Virus record (IMG/VR): IMGVR_UViG_3300026101_000001
Coordinates: 19,407 to 83,406 of that record
Reading direction: 5' to 3' (one strand)
DNA: 64,000 nt
From: a virus
Lineage: Duplodnaviria; Caudoviricetes
How positions within the stretch are numbered: the stretch's first letter is position 1; every line of letters begins with the position of its first letter. Positions 37,076 to 47,279 of the stretch are shown piece by piece. A model generated the notes under the pieces. It saw only the letters and a list, made by a program, of their open reading frames with translations, searched no databases and was not told where the DNA came from. A program made the position numbers and the translations under genes.

Positions 37076-38251
37076 ATGAATATTCCTGCTAATACCTCTA
37101 GCACCACTTCTCTAGATGCCGACGTTCGCTTTGAACAAACCCTTTATAAAGTCCATTCGGGCGGAAAAGTAGGTTCGTGGCATATCAAGGTTACGCTTAA
37201 CCCAGACGATACGGCCACCACACTTGTAACCTCTCGCAAGGTCTTAGGTGGCAAAGGTGTCGAAACGCCTACGGATTACACTGAAGGTAAGAATATTGGT
37301 CGCAGTAATGAAACTACGCCTATTATGCAAGCCGTGTTTGAAGCGCAAAGCAAAGTCAAAAAACAACTGGATAAAGGCTATGTTGAAGAGCAACCTGAAG
37401 AAGGTGCCGCGGTCACCAATGCCTTAGGCTTGGTTAAACCGATGTTGGCCCAACCGATTGATAAAGTAAAAGACTGGGAATTCCCTGTATTTGTTCAGCC
37501 TAAAATGGATGGCCACCGTTGCTTAGCAACCATACAAGATGAAAAGGTGTTCCTTTACTCTCGTGGCGGAAAGCCAATCACGGTTGTTCACGTTATGGAA
37601 CGTTTACAGTTTCTTTATGATAGAGGCATTTGGGATGGTACAACGTTGGATGGTGAGCTCTATGCACACGGTAAAGCCTTTGAAAATATTTCTAGTCTCA
37701 TCAAGAAGCCACAAGAAGACAGTAAATACCTGTCGTACAATATTTATGACGTTGTTCTTGATCTTCCTTACGCTGATAGATTTGATTACTTGGACTCTCG
37801 TATAACCGAAAGCTCTTACCCTACCCTATGCTTAACGGCCTGTTACAAAGTTATGGACCAAGCGGGTATCGACAAGTACCACGCTTCGTGGACCTCTAAC
37901 GGCTATGAAGGCACAATGGTTCGCCAAGGTGACGCATCCTACGAAACGGATAAACGCAGCGCATCTTTGATGAAGCGTAAGGACGAAGAAGACGCCGAGT
38001 TTGAAATTATTGGGATCCGCAAAGGTAAGCCTAATAAGCGACTGGGTACTGAGGTAGGTATTTATGTCTGTCAAACGGCAGATGGCAAAACCTTTGATGT
38101 TACGGCGCCTGGGGATGCTAAGGAGAAACACGATCATGCTATGAACGGGCATAAGAATATTGGCAAGAAACTCACCGTGTTCTCATATGGATACACTAAA
38201 GAAGGTAAGCCCTGCCATATCACTAATTCCCGTATTCGTGAGGACCTGTAA
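37076..38251 (+). CDS. ATP-dependent DNA ligase
   Basis: 'QPKMDGHRC' KxDG motif, 'LDGELY', 'YEGTMVR', 'MKRK'. Confidence 0.93.
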   Translation: MNIPANTSSTTSLDADVRFEQTLYKVHSGGKVGSWHIKVTLNPDDTATTLVTSRKVLGGKGVETPTDYTEGKNIGRSNETTPIMQAVFEAQSKVKKQLDKGYVEEQPEEGAAVTNALGLVKPMLAQPIDKVKDWEFPVFVQPKMDGHRCLATIQDEKVFLYSRGGKPITVVHVMERLQFLYDRGIWDGTTLDGELYAHGKAFENISSLIKKPQEDSKYLSYNIYDVVLDLPYADRFDYLDSRITESSYPTLCLTACYKVMDQAGIDKYHASWTSNGYEGTMVRQGDASYETDKRSASLMKRKDEEDAEFEIIGIRKGKPNKRLGTEVGIYVCQTADGKTFDVTAPGDAKEKHDHAMNGHKNIGKKLTVFSYGYTKEGKPCHITNSRIREDL

Positions 38252-38886
38252 TGGCCCAGCTACGTCGTGATAATGTTTTTCGATTACAGCGTAGCTTGTT
38301 CTACTGGGATAAGTCTTTCGATGCGCCTTTCGTTCACCTTATTTACAAAAAGCTGAAAGCGTATGTTGAAAATAAGTTTCCAGATTTAGACTGGGATGAG
38401 GAACTGAAGTTAGCGCGAGAAGACTTCTGGCATGTGAAGACTTGGGGGAACCTAGAGACGGGACTTGAAAAGTCTCGTCTAATTATCGATGTAAAAGGAC
38501 AAAAGATAAATATTCAGATCAGTAAAATGATGTGGTGTTTACTTTATCCTGATTACTTATTGATAACTTATCCGCTCTGGCCCCCGGGAAAACAAAAGAC
38601 GATGGATAGTGAAACGCTGAATTGGGCGAACCCTATGTTTCACTACCCCTCACGATATTGGCATCTTCCGGCACACGTTTATAGTTACTTTGAAAGTGTC
38701 TATGGAGAGCGTAGGCCTGAAGAGATTAAAGGTGACCGTTACCAAAAGTATCTTGTTAAGCGTAGTGAATATTGCCAGTACTTTGCTAGGAAGTACCGTT
38801 TACCCTTAAACCATTTTGAAGCGGTAACAGGAACGAGAGTTCAGGCAAGACACCACGATTTAAAAACTATCCTAGCGCTTTATTGA
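38251..38886 (+). CDS. Hypothetical protein
   Basis: TAATG coupling. Confidence 0.7.
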   Translation: MAQLRRDNVFRLQRSLFYWDKSFDAPFVHLIYKKLKAYVENKFPDLDWDEELKLAREDFWHVKTWGNLETGLEKSRLIIDVKGQKINIQISKMMWCLLYPDYLLITYPLWPPGKQKTMDSETLNWANPMFHYPSRYWHLPAHVYSYFESVYGERRPEEIKGDRYQKYLVKRSEYCQYFARKYRLPLNHFEAVTGTRVQARHHDLKTILALY

Positions 38887-39176
38887 CTTTGGAGGACCTA
38901 AACAATATGCCACAAAACTTACAAGCGGATTACTTTGTAAAGCTAAAGAAAGTGCAAGCTGAGTTGTCCCAGCTTCGTAACCTAGGTTCGAGTGCTAACT
39001 TTAAAGCTTTGTTGAAGGATATTGAGTCCGCTAACAAAATGGCCGATACGCTCGGGATTAAGCAACCTTATCCCGACTCCTTAGTGAGTGAAATTGAGGC
39101 CATGCAAGACCGTTTAACGCGTTATCAGCAAACGGGATTAGACGTCCCGAATCTTTCTAATGTCGTTAAACACTAA
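38883..39176 (+). CDS. Hypothetical coiled-coil protein
   Basis: Operon position. Confidence 0.6.
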   Translation: MTLEDLNNMPQNLQADYFVKLKKVQAELSQLRNLGSSANFKALLKDIESANKMADTLGIKQPYPDSLVSEIEAMQDRLTRYQQTGLDVPNLSNVVKH

Positions 39177-39438
39177 AACCCAACCCAAGTTGGAGCCGGT
39201 ATCGCTCCAACTTGAGGTTGTATCCCCCCTGCACAAGGCTATTGGGATGCGAATAGACTTCCACACCACGTTTACGTTTGATGATGATGGTGAGGCGTTA
39301 AGGAAGAAACTCGGGATGGCTGGAAGTAGTTTCAGTCGATTAAGACGGGGTACCAAAGAAATAACTTTGACAGACTTACAAAATCTGGCAGAATTCTTTA
39401 ACACTGGGGTAATAAATATTATCAAATCTAATTTTTAA
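39160..39438 (+). CDS. XRE-like HTH protein
   Basis: 'LRKKLGMAGSSFSRLRRGTKEITLTDLQNLAEFF'. Confidence 0.7.
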   Translation: MSLNTKTQPKLEPVSLQLEVVSPLHKAIGMRIDFHTTFTFDDDGEALRKKLGMAGSSFSRLRRGTKEITLTDLQNLAEFFNTGVINIIKSNF

Positions 39439-39464
39439 TTACTCAGACAATCAGGAAATTGACG

Positions 39465-40157
39465 ATGCAACTGCAAAAAGAACCCGCACCCCTCGGGCAC
39501 TATGGTATTCACGAGGACGAAGGTGTTAACTATATCTACCAAGATACTTGTCCGCATGGCTGGAACTTTATCGGCCTAAGCACCAAATCAAATCTTACGG
39601 TTAAACAACTGAGAAACCAGTGCTCACATAATATCAATGTGAATTTAGCCACACGTAAGCTAAGCAAAATCCACTTAAGTAAGTTCAACAACATTGTAGC
39701 CGACCCACTGGTTCAAGCTATGTTACCGGTACCGAATGGAAAAACTTACTTCCTAGACGAAGAACAACTACCGGATGCTGCGGTATGGCTTGCGTGCTTA
39801 GAACGGTTGAACTCTCCACTTCATACGTGGGTGAAGCCTTTGTTCGCTGTGAGCATGAACCACGCTATCAAACACATTGATAAAACCAATATTCACCCAA
39901 TGGTGTTTGTTGATTTGAAGAACACCGATAACGAATCTGTATTGAAGCTGGCCACGGCTGCAAAGACGTCTCCTAGAACGGTGATCTTCTGCGGTGACTC
40001 CTCAATGGTGCTCCCAAAACACGTTCATCGTTTAGAAACGAAACTTAGTGAACTTATGCCACTACAAGACTTAATCAGCTTGCCCCTAGAACACTTGGGG
40101 AGTTACGTATTATCTGAGTACTGCAAAGGTATTCGTTCGTTTGACAAAGTAGCATAA
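39465..40157 (+). CDS. Hypothetical protein
   Basis: Start motif. Confidence 0.75.
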   Translation: MQLQKEPAPLGHYGIHEDEGVNYIYQDTCPHGWNFIGLSTKSNLTVKQLRNQCSHNINVNLATRKLSKIHLSKFNNIVADPLVQAMLPVPNGKTYFLDEEQLPDAAVWLACLERLNSPLHTWVKPLFAVSMNHAIKHIDKTNIHPMVFVDLKNTDNESVLKLATAAKTSPRTVIFCGDSSMVLPKHVHRLETKLSELMPLQDLISLPLEHLGSYVLSEYCKGIRSFDKVA

Positions 40158-40187
40158 GAATAATTGACGATAAGAGACACGATAGCC

Positions 40188-40529
40188 ATGTTGAAATTTT
40201 CAGAAAGACTCGCGCTTTTGAAGAATGCGATACGAGAAAAAGACCTTAAGCAGAAAGACCTTGCAGACGCGCTAGGCTGCAATCAAGCCAAAGTTTCTTT
40301 GGCTCTTTCTGGGACTAAAGAGGTCCCCATGGAATTTTTACTCGAGATACTTCTTCAATCTGAGTTCCCAATCGAAAGAGTGTTCCCCGACTTGAAAAAC
40401 GATTTACAAGCGATTGTGACGTTGCTTGAGAAAGGGGCCAGTCAACAGGCCACGACTAATTTACTTAATTTGATGAAATTAACTAACCATTATGACCAGC
40501 ATTCAAAAGATACCAAAGCAGCCAGCTAA
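40188..40529 (+). CDS. XRE-family HTH protein
   Basis: 'IREKDLKQKDLADALGCNQAKVSLALSG'. Confidence 0.8.
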   Translation: MLKFSERLALLKNAIREKDLKQKDLADALGCNQAKVSLALSGTKEVPMEFLLEILLQSEFPIERVFPDLKNDLQAIVTLLEKGASQQATTNLLNLMKLTNHYDQHSKDTKAAS

Positions 40530-41970
40530 CGAAATCTGGTTCGATATGAATGATGTGTATGACAGAAGAGATTCACTGTCATTACGCCCCTATCAAATCG
40601 AGCACTTAGGTTTTTCACTGGCGAACTCTCGTTCAATGGATTTATCCGAGGCCGGTACCGGTAAAACTCCGGCAGGTTGCCTCTGGGTTTATCATCACTC
40701 TAAAGAGGGCCGCGTTATTTGGACGATGCCTAAATCTCTGCTCGTAAAGAACTACCATGAATTATTGTTGTGGTCAGACTTAGAGCCTCACCAAATTATG
40801 GTGATAGATGGTACGCCAGCTCAACGCGCTAAACAGTTTGCGAACAAAGAAACCAAAGTATTTATGATGGGGTTCGATGCCTTTGCCAACAATCACAAAG
40901 AAATTGTTGAGCGATACCCTGACACCTATCACCTCTGTGGTGATGAGTGGCATTTGGGTTTCAGCACCCATGGCGAACCGCATTACAGAAAACCCAATAC
41001 GTTCATTGGTCCCCAGCGCACCCACAAAATGTACCAGTACATGAAGCGCGGGGGTGACTTGTTGATCATGACGGGAACCTTTATCAATGGCCGGTTGTGT
41101 TCCGCGTATCCAGGCTTGAAGTTAATTAATCCCTTGTACTACCCAACGTACAACAACTTCATGATGTGGCACGCCATGTTAGATGAGTATGGGAAGCCCT
41201 TCATGTGGAAGAACCATGACCGACTTCAAGCTCTTATTGATAAGCACAGTCGTCGGGTTACATATGAACAAGCTTACGGCAAGGAAAAGAAAATTATCGT
41301 TGCCGAAATGTGCACCATGTCAAAGTCCCAGGCCAAAGCGTTTAACGATATTAAGCAAAAAGGTATTACTGAACTAGAAGATGATTTCTTAGAAGCTGAG
41401 AACGAAGCGGTAACGCTACAGCGATGCTTTAAGATCATGCAATGCCCAGAGGAGTATGGTTTAAAGCATAACGACTCTGATGGTAAAGACGCACACCTTA
41501 TGCAGCACCTTGAGACGCACAAGTTTAACGAAGAACCTTTGATTATCTTCGAAACGGTTGTTGCGGCCCATGCACGCTATAAGAAGATATGCGAAAAAAT
41601 GGGGCTACGTGCTGAGTATATAAACGGCAGCATAACCAGCCGGCGCGGAGAAATAGACCACAAGTTTCGCCAAGGGGAAATTGATGTGTTGATTTGTAGC
41701 CCTGAAGTAGCTGGTGTGGGTTTTAACTGGGGTCATGTAGACCACATGATATTTACCTCTTTCGACTGGCAAGACACGACATTTATCCAGAACTATCGAA
41801 GAGCGCTTCGGGGTGTTAGAGAGAAAGCCGTGCGAATTACCTTGCTTGTCTATCGTGGTGGCCTAGAGCTTCACGTAGCTAAGAAACTGCTGAATAAATC
41901 GAATGACCGTACACAAGTTGAAGAAGGTGTAACGGTTGACCTTGTAACCCCAATAATGCAAGCCGCTTAA
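40492..41970 (+). CDS. SNF2-like (SF2) helicase
   Basis: 'EAGTGKT', 'GDEWH', 'MTGT', 'SPEVAGVGFNW', 'QNYRRALR'. Confidence 0.88.
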   Translation: MTSIQKIPKQPANEIWFDMNDVYDRRDSLSLRPYQIEHLGFSLANSRSMDLSEAGTGKTPAGCLWVYHHSKEGRVIWTMPKSLLVKNYHELLLWSDLEPHQIMVIDGTPAQRAKQFANKETKVFMMGFDAFANNHKEIVERYPDTYHLCGDEWHLGFSTHGEPHYRKPNTFIGPQRTHKMYQYMKRGGDLLIMTGTFINGRLCSAYPGLKLINPLYYPTYNNFMMWHAMLDEYGKPFMWKNHDRLQALIDKHSRRVTYEQAYGKEKKIIVAEMCTMSKSQAKAFNDIKQKGITELEDDFLEAENEAVTLQRCFKIMQCPEEYGLKHNDSDGKDAHLMQHLETHKFNEEPLIIFETVVAAHARYKKICEKMGLRAEYINGSITSRRGEIDHKFRQGEIDVLICSPEVAGVGFNWGHVDHMIFTSFDWQDTTFIQNYRRALRGVREKAVRITLLVYRGGLELHVAKKLLNKSNDRTQVEEGVTVDLVTPIMQAA

Positions 41971-42060
41971 GGATCATTATGCAAATGACAAAAGTTGCAC
42001 TAGCTGTAAAAATTGCGCTGTCTACAGACGCGTTTCATCAAACCGTTACGGAGAATAAAA

Positions 42061-42330
42061 ATGCTACAGTTTAAGCCAACTGAAATAAGAGTTATTCCCG
42101 CTATGCTCAAAGCCAACTTAGATTTTTTTTCTAAGGCGTTGAATAATCCCTCGGACCAAGCAGAGCATCAGGCAGAGTACACTCTACTCAAGATGCAGCA
42201 AGCACTTCAGAACCTTAAAGGTAAAGAATTAGAGACTTTCCTAGCGGAATCAAAGGAAAATATAGCGACACTAAGAACGTTCTTAGATGCCGCGGAAAAA
42301 GAAATTGCTACATTAGTTGACGAAGGTTAA
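42061..42330 (+). CDS. Hypothetical protein
   Basis: GGAG RBS. Confidence 0.6.
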   Translation: MLQFKPTEIRVIPAMLKANLDFFSKALNNPSDQAEHQAEYTLLKMQQALQNLKGKELETFLAESKENIATLRTFLDAAEKEIATLVDEG

Positions 42331-42463
42331 TTAATAAGCTAAGGTTATCATCTATACCGCATTAAACTGCGATATAGCTGAACTTCGGAGAAAAGCGAAG
42401 GGCGAATGCCGCACAAACAGTAATTAATCAAAATGTAATTAATCTACAATCAGGAAATTGACG

Positions 42464-43525
42464 ATGAACAATATCGAACAAATGATCGCCGCTGCTCAAA
42501 ATAACGCAGCTCAAGCCGCTACTACTCAGCAAGAAACTCAAGTTACCCAGCAAGCCGTAGGTCAAGACTACCAGCAAGCTAACACCGCTCAAGCCGAGAC
42601 TACGCAGCAGCAAGCTACACAGGCTCAAGCTAACCCTCAGGTTGTTAACCAGACTGAGACTTACACGCAGCAAGCTAACCCTCAAGCGGTTAATACACAG
42701 CAAGCAAATGCTCAGCAAGCTACGCAGCAAGCTAATCCGCAAGTTAACGCTCAAGCGAGTGCTATCCCGGCTCATATTCAGCAACAAGCGCAGCAAGCTA
42801 ATACTGCTCCACAGCAAGCACAACAACCACAGCAAACGCCTATGGCTGTGAACCCAGTTGGAAACACCGGCATGGACCTACCAGCGAACTTACCGCCAGA
42901 GTTGGCTAAGTTTATTGGTCAGCGCGAAATGTCGATGGATACCATGTCTAACTCTGACCTGTTGGTTCAAGATTGGCTGAAGCCAAGCTACCACGGTATG
43001 GTTTTAGGTAGTGCTCCGTCAACACTTCTTAACCCCTTCCAGGTTGAGATTGATATGACTGAGAACGTGGGCTATATGTTGTGCCAAATGGTTCGCTGGA
43101 CCGTAGCAGGGGCTACAGGTGATCAAACCAACTATGTCCACACATACGATGGTTTGATTGGTTCAGATGGTCAACCTTGGGCGAATGCGGTAATGACAGC
43201 CTACCGCACCACCACAGACCCGAAAAAACCTAACGTACCGTTCCCAAGTGTTCAGTTACCAATGCGTTTAATCAACGACATTGCTGACCAACAAGGCACG
43301 GTAATTGCCCAAGCAGGTATTATGATTGGTCATACTACGGCTAAGACGGGATGGCAGAACTGGCAGAACTTCCACAATGCGTGTAAGCAAGCTGGTTTAT
43401 TAGGTCAGAAAGTGATTGTTGAAGTGTCTAACCAACCGGTTGCTCCTAAAGGTATCACTTACAAGTGGGGTACCTTGGAATTCAAACTGATTGGTCCGGC
43501 ACAAGGCCAAATCGCAGCACAATAA
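42464..43525 (+). CDS. Putative ssDNA-binding protein with long Q/A/N/T-rich N-terminus
   Basis: Located between helicase and 5'-3' exonuclease; own terminator; ~130 aa low-complexity region. Confidence 0.45.
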   Translation: MNNIEQMIAAAQNNAAQAATTQQETQVTQQAVGQDYQQANTAQAETTQQQATQAQANPQVVNQTETYTQQANPQAVNTQQANAQQATQQANPQVNAQASAIPAHIQQQAQQANTAPQQAQQPQQTPMAVNPVGNTGMDLPANLPPELAKFIGQREMSMDTMSNSDLLVQDWLKPSYHGMVLGSAPSTLLNPFQVEIDMTENVGYMLCQMVRWTVAGATGDQTNYVHTYDGLIGSDGQPWANAVMTAYRTTTDPKKPNVPFPSVQLPMRLINDIADQQGTVIAQAGIMIGHTTAKTGWQNWQNFHNACKQAGLLGQKVIVEVSNQPVAPKGITYKWGTLEFKLIGPAQGQIAAQ

Positions 43526-43541
43526 CCTTTTAATTAACTTA

Positions 43542-43568
43542 AAAAGGGTCGGCTAGTCCGGCCCTTTT
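43542..43568 (+). terminator. Intrinsic terminator
   Basis: AAAAGGGTCGG-CTAGT-CCGGCCCTTTT. Confidence 0.75.
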
Positions 43569-43587
43569 GCTCTCGGAAATTGACGAT

Positions 43588-44391
43588 ATGACAAAGCTAA
43601 AACTACACATTTGTGATGGTAATAACCTTCTTCGCCGCAAGTTTGAAAGCGACGGCCCTAACTGGGCTATTCATGCCTATGTTCAGGCCTGTGCAAATAA
43701 CTCTCCTTATGGTTCGTTAATATGGGTTTGGGATGGTGCGAACGCTAAGAAGCCTCGCCAAGATATCCACCCAGCATACAAAGCCAGCTCAGACTCTACA
43801 GACGAATTTTACCTCTTCATGGATAAGTTCCGTGAATTGCTTACACACTCAGGCTGCATCCAGATTAGATGCGAGGGCCGAGAAGCGGATGATGTTATTG
43901 CCGAGCTGGTAAATACTAAATCCCCTGAGACTGAAATCTTTATTGACAGTAACGACCAAGATTATCGCCAGCTACTCAGCGACACGGTAACCATGGATTA
44001 CGTTAGTGAGAAGCTTAAAGAATTCAAGCCCGATGATATGCGCCTTTACAAAACCCTGGTGGGTGATAAATCGGATGCAATTACCGGCCTCTCACGTTTT
44101 GGTCATGGCACGTATCAAAAGCTAAGTGACTCTGCCAAGTGCTTCTTAGAAGATGCCCTGCAGAGTGACGACCCTATCACAGCGGATCAAGTTGAAGCTG
44201 AAGCGGGTTTCACTAAAGCGATGGCTACTCGATTTGTTGAGAGTCGTGATGAGCTGAAGAAGTTCTGGAAGATCATCGGTTTCTTCCACGTACCACAAAG
44301 CGAAATTCACGCTGGTACGATTATCGGTAAGCAAGACACCGTAGCGGCCAAAGCTGTCTTCGACGCTTTAGCAATTCCTATCAACTTATAG
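43588..44391 (+). CDS. 5'-3' exonuclease (FEN/Pol I N-terminal family)
   Basis: 'ICDGNN', 'VWDG', 'EADDVIA', 'NDQD', 'LVGDKSDAITG'. Confidence 0.9.
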   Translation: MTKLKLHICDGNNLLRRKFESDGPNWAIHAYVQACANNSPYGSLIWVWDGANAKKPRQDIHPAYKASSDSTDEFYLFMDKFRELLTHSGCIQIRCEGREADDVIAELVNTKSPETEIFIDSNDQDYRQLLSDTVTMDYVSEKLKEFKPDDMRLYKTLVGDKSDAITGLSRFGHGTYQKLSDSAKCFLEDALQSDDPITADQVEAEAGFTKAMATRFVESRDELKKFWKIIGFFHVPQSEIHAGTIIGKQDTVAAKAVFDALAIPINL

Positions 44392-44422
44392 TGGTTGGGG
44401 CTTCGGCCCCTCGAGAACGATT

Positions 44423-45049
44423 ATGAGTAGCACAAATAAAAAGGTCGCTGAGTTCGAAGACTACCCTACCCCGCGAGAACTTGTCGAAGCCTTATTCAAG
44501 TATATTGACTGGGATGCACTTAGGCACTTTGCGTCCTACGACAACCGGCCAGCTAGGTTCCTAGAGCCGTGTCGAGGTCTGAAAAGAAATATATACGACT
44601 TGGTACCACAGGACTTTGAAAAGTATTACTGCGAGATTCAGGAAGGTTTGAACTACCTAGAGACAGACCTCAGCCCATTACACTTCGATATTATCGTAAC
44701 TAATCCCCCATTCTCGCTTTTCGAAGAGTTTGTCACCAAAGCACGCAGTGAGGCCGCGGACCACGGGTTTGTATGCTTCTTAATGCGGATTAACGCTTTA
44801 GGGACAAAGAAACGTGAGAAGTTCTGGGCTGATAACCCACCGGATAAAATTATTGTCGCGGTACCACGCCCTGACTTTAGTGGTGGAGGGGGTGATAGCT
44901 GCGAGTATGCGTGGTTCTGCTGGGACCCTACGGGGATCTTATTAGTAGACTCGAACGTTGGACGTCTTAACTGGGATAAGCCCTCTAAACGTCGTCGCAA
45001 GAAGATAGACAACCGGAAATTGACTGATGAAAAAGAAAGCCAAGCGTAA
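44423..45049 (+). CDS. Amino-type DNA methyltransferase (orphan)
   Basis: 'YPTP', 'FLEPCRG', 'IVTNPPFS'. Confidence 0.85.
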   Translation: MSSTNKKVAEFEDYPTPRELVEALFKYIDWDALRHFASYDNRPARFLEPCRGLKRNIYDLVPQDFEKYYCEIQEGLNYLETDLSPLHFDIIVTNPPFSLFEEFVTKARSEAADHGFVCFLMRINALGTKKREKFWADNPPDKIIVAVPRPDFSGGGGDSCEYAWFCWDPTGILLVDSNVGRLNWDKPSKRRRKKIDNRKLTDEKESQA

Positions 45050-45545
45050 TAAGAAATACAACCCTCGAAAGTACATAGACCTTGTGGTTCGCGACAAAGT
45101 GAAGAACTTTGCTATCGCGATGGTGTTGGGTGAAACGAAGTATTGCACGCTTATTGACTATAAGACGGGTGAGGAGCTTAACGTAACGGTGGATGTGGCC
45201 GAGAGCGTTGAGAAAGGTTGTTTCAATTGGTATTACGAATGCTCTGTGGTCTGTCGTGACCAGAACGGAAAAGAGTACGTCGTAAGTGAGCCCCATTATT
45301 TCCAATCGCGTTACCGCCAATCAGACGAGCGTTTAAATAAATATCTCATTGATGTTCATGTGGCATTCAAAGAAAAACAGAACCCACTTCATGTTATCAC
45401 GATGGCCTGGGTCGCTATTCCCGTTATGAACGAAACGGAAAACCTTGACCTCGAGACCCTTGGCAAAATTTACGAAAACCTCGGCGCGTTCGATTACCTA
45501 TCAACGTGGGAGAACGAACAGCTTGAGAAGGAGAAAGTGGCGTGA
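45027..45545 (+). CDS. Hypothetical protein
   Basis: Variant start motif GGAAATTGACTGATG. Confidence 0.75.
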   Translation: MKKKAKRNKKYNPRKYIDLVVRDKVKNFAIAMVLGETKYCTLIDYKTGEELNVTVDVAESVEKGCFNWYYECSVVCRDQNGKEYVVSEPHYFQSRYRQSDERLNKYLIDVHVAFKEKQNPLHVITMAWVAIPVMNETENLDLETLGKIYENLGAFDYLSTWENEQLEKEKVA

Positions 45546-46141
45546 GCAAATACAAATTTAACAATGGTTTCATTTATTGCAACGGTTTTAGGATGCCAAT
45601 GACTAGCGTTGTAGAAGCTCTGAACGAAAGGGACTGGGAGCTAAGCAAGGGCAAAGAGGATTATAAGAACTTATTTGAGGCATTTGAGGATTGTCAAAAG
45701 GTTTTAGGGGATGCGAATAAGCGTTTGGAAAATCTCTCTCGAGTAAACAAAGAATACAAAGAGGTTCTAACCCCTATCTGGGATTACTGTCGGGAGAACG
45801 TAAAGGTTGAACTAGGGAAAAGTATTTCTGAGGCCTTAATTGAATCACATAAACTTTTACAGTCTCAAGTTTGGAGCCTAGAACAGCGATGTAAATTGCT
45901 TGAAGAAGATTCCAAAGATACCGCTAAGTATGTAGAAATTCAGCGTGGGGAACTAGCAAAGGCTAATGAGCGTGCAAGGGAGTTGGAAAATTCTAATGCA
46001 AGAATGCTGCATGAGGTCGCCAACCAGTATGATGGAAATGATTCAACAGAGTGGTCTATTGGTGCAAATCATGTTTTCAGGCTATTTGCTAAATGGATTA
46101 GCAAGAACGAACAACTACGCAAGGAGCAAGAGAATGGTTAA
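45542..46141 (+). CDS. Coiled-coil hypothetical (ead/ea22-like mosaic region)
   Basis: Ends EQLRKEQENG. Confidence 0.65.
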   Translation: MSKYKFNNGFIYCNGFRMPMTSVVEALNERDWELSKGKEDYKNLFEAFEDCQKVLGDANKRLENLSRVNKEYKEVLTPIWDYCRENVKVELGKSISEALIESHKLLQSQVWSLEQRCKLLEEDSKDTAKYVEIQRGELAKANERARELENSNARMLHEVANQYDGNDSTEWSIGANHVFRLFAKWISKNEQLRKEQENG

Positions 46142-46658
46142 GCGTTACAAAGAGGTTTTTGACCCTAACCGCAGCCAAGAGTGCATTTGTCACAGAGGCC
46201 CGATGAATAGAGGTTTAGAAGAAAGTCCTGACGGTGATTTTGTAGATATTGAAGACTACGAAGAGTTAAAGAAGCAACTAGCAAAGGCTAATGAGCGTGT
46301 TGCTGAACTTGAAGATAAGCACTTAAACTTAGTGTTGTGGCATAACCTAGACCCTCAACAAGCTAAGTTATACAGCGATAAATATGCAAGCAAATTCGCC
46401 ATAGAGAATCAGGTAAAGGGTGCTGAGGCTTTAATGTATGCCTTCCCTCTTAACGCTAGTGACCAAATGAAAAAGTGGGTAGAACAACTACGCAAAAAGC
46501 AAGACGATGGACAACAAAGCACGGAAAACTTCCGCAAAGACGAGTTAGTGGAAATAATCGGCAAACTACGGGAAGAAAATGCTCTTTTGAAAGAACAGAA
46601 ACATGATGCGTATTACGCCGAGCGAAATTGGAACGAGTTACATGGTGATGAATCATGA
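46134..46658 (+). CDS. Coiled-coil hypothetical protein (start re-assigned to 46134)
   Basis: AAGGAG RBS inside repeat; internal LAKANERV and EQLRKKQ modules. Confidence 0.65.
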   Translation: MVKRYKEVFDPNRSQECICHRGPMNRGLEESPDGDFVDIEDYEELKKQLAKANERVAELEDKHLNLVLWHNLDPQQAKLYSDKYASKFAIENQVKGAEALMYAFPLNASDQMKKWVEQLRKKQDDGQQSTENFRKDELVEIIGKLREENALLKEQKHDAYYAERNWNELHGDES

Positions 46659-46726
46659 GAGCTAATAAGTTTATAAAACTTTACTGTGCCAGCGAACAAC
46701 TACGCAAGGAGCAAGAGTATGGGTAA
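46655..46726 (+). pseudogene. 23-codon remnant ORF ending EQLRKEQEYG
   Basis: ATGA-coupled; shares 25-bp 3' repeat with 46108-46132. Confidence 0.45.
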
Positions 46727-46877
46727 AGAATACGACCGTTTTAAAGAGTCTCAGAACAAAGAGAACCGCTTACCAGTTACAAGTTTTACGAAGCGTGATG
46801 GTACCGTAGGGATGCGTTTAAAGGACCTCCCGAGCCGAGAGCCTAGAGGCGTGTATGATCCTTCAAGAGGTTTTTAA
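46719..46877 (+). CDS. Small hypothetical protein
   Basis: AAGGAG RBS from repeat. Confidence 0.55.
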   Translation: MGKEYDRFKESQNKENRLPVTSFTKRDGTVGMRLKDLPSREPRGVYDPSRGF

Positions 46878-46879
46878 TT

Positions 46880-47065
46880 ATGCCAATTAACAGAAAAACG
46901 AAAAAGAATGCTTGGTCCTCAGAAGAGGAAACCAAGTTGTTTAATATCGCTAAACGCAAAACAACGTTTGAAGAACTTCAATCTGAGTTCCCTAACCGAA
47001 CACTAGTTGCAATTAAAGATAAGTTCTATCGCATGGGTTTTAAGAATGAACATATCAGAACTTAA
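46880..47065 (+). CDS. Myb/SANT-like HTH protein
   Basis: 'WSSEEETKL...FPNRTLVAIKDK'. Confidence 0.7.
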   Translation: MPINRKTKKNAWSSEEETKLFNIAKRKTTFEELQSEFPNRTLVAIKDKFYRMGFKNEHIRT

Positions 47066-47255
47066 AATTATTCGTGTGGTGTGCCCTGATTGTGGGACTG
47101 GCGGCGCGAGTAACTGGGCTTGCTTCTGTCACGTTTGTGAAGACCATATTTTGATGCTTCCGGCCAAGGGCTCACACGGTACACAAAACTGGAACGAAAT
47201 CGCGAGACTGTATGAAGGTAAGGTATCAACGTACAGTCCGCAACTACCAGCTTAA
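47046..47255 (+). CDS. Small zinc-ribbon protein
   Basis: 'CPDCG...CHVC'. Confidence 0.6.
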   Translation: MNISELKIIRVVCPDCGTGGASNWACFCHVCEDHILMLPAKGSHGTQNWNEIARLYEGKVSTYSPQLPA

Positions 47256-47279
47256 CTAACTAAAAACAGGAAATTGACG

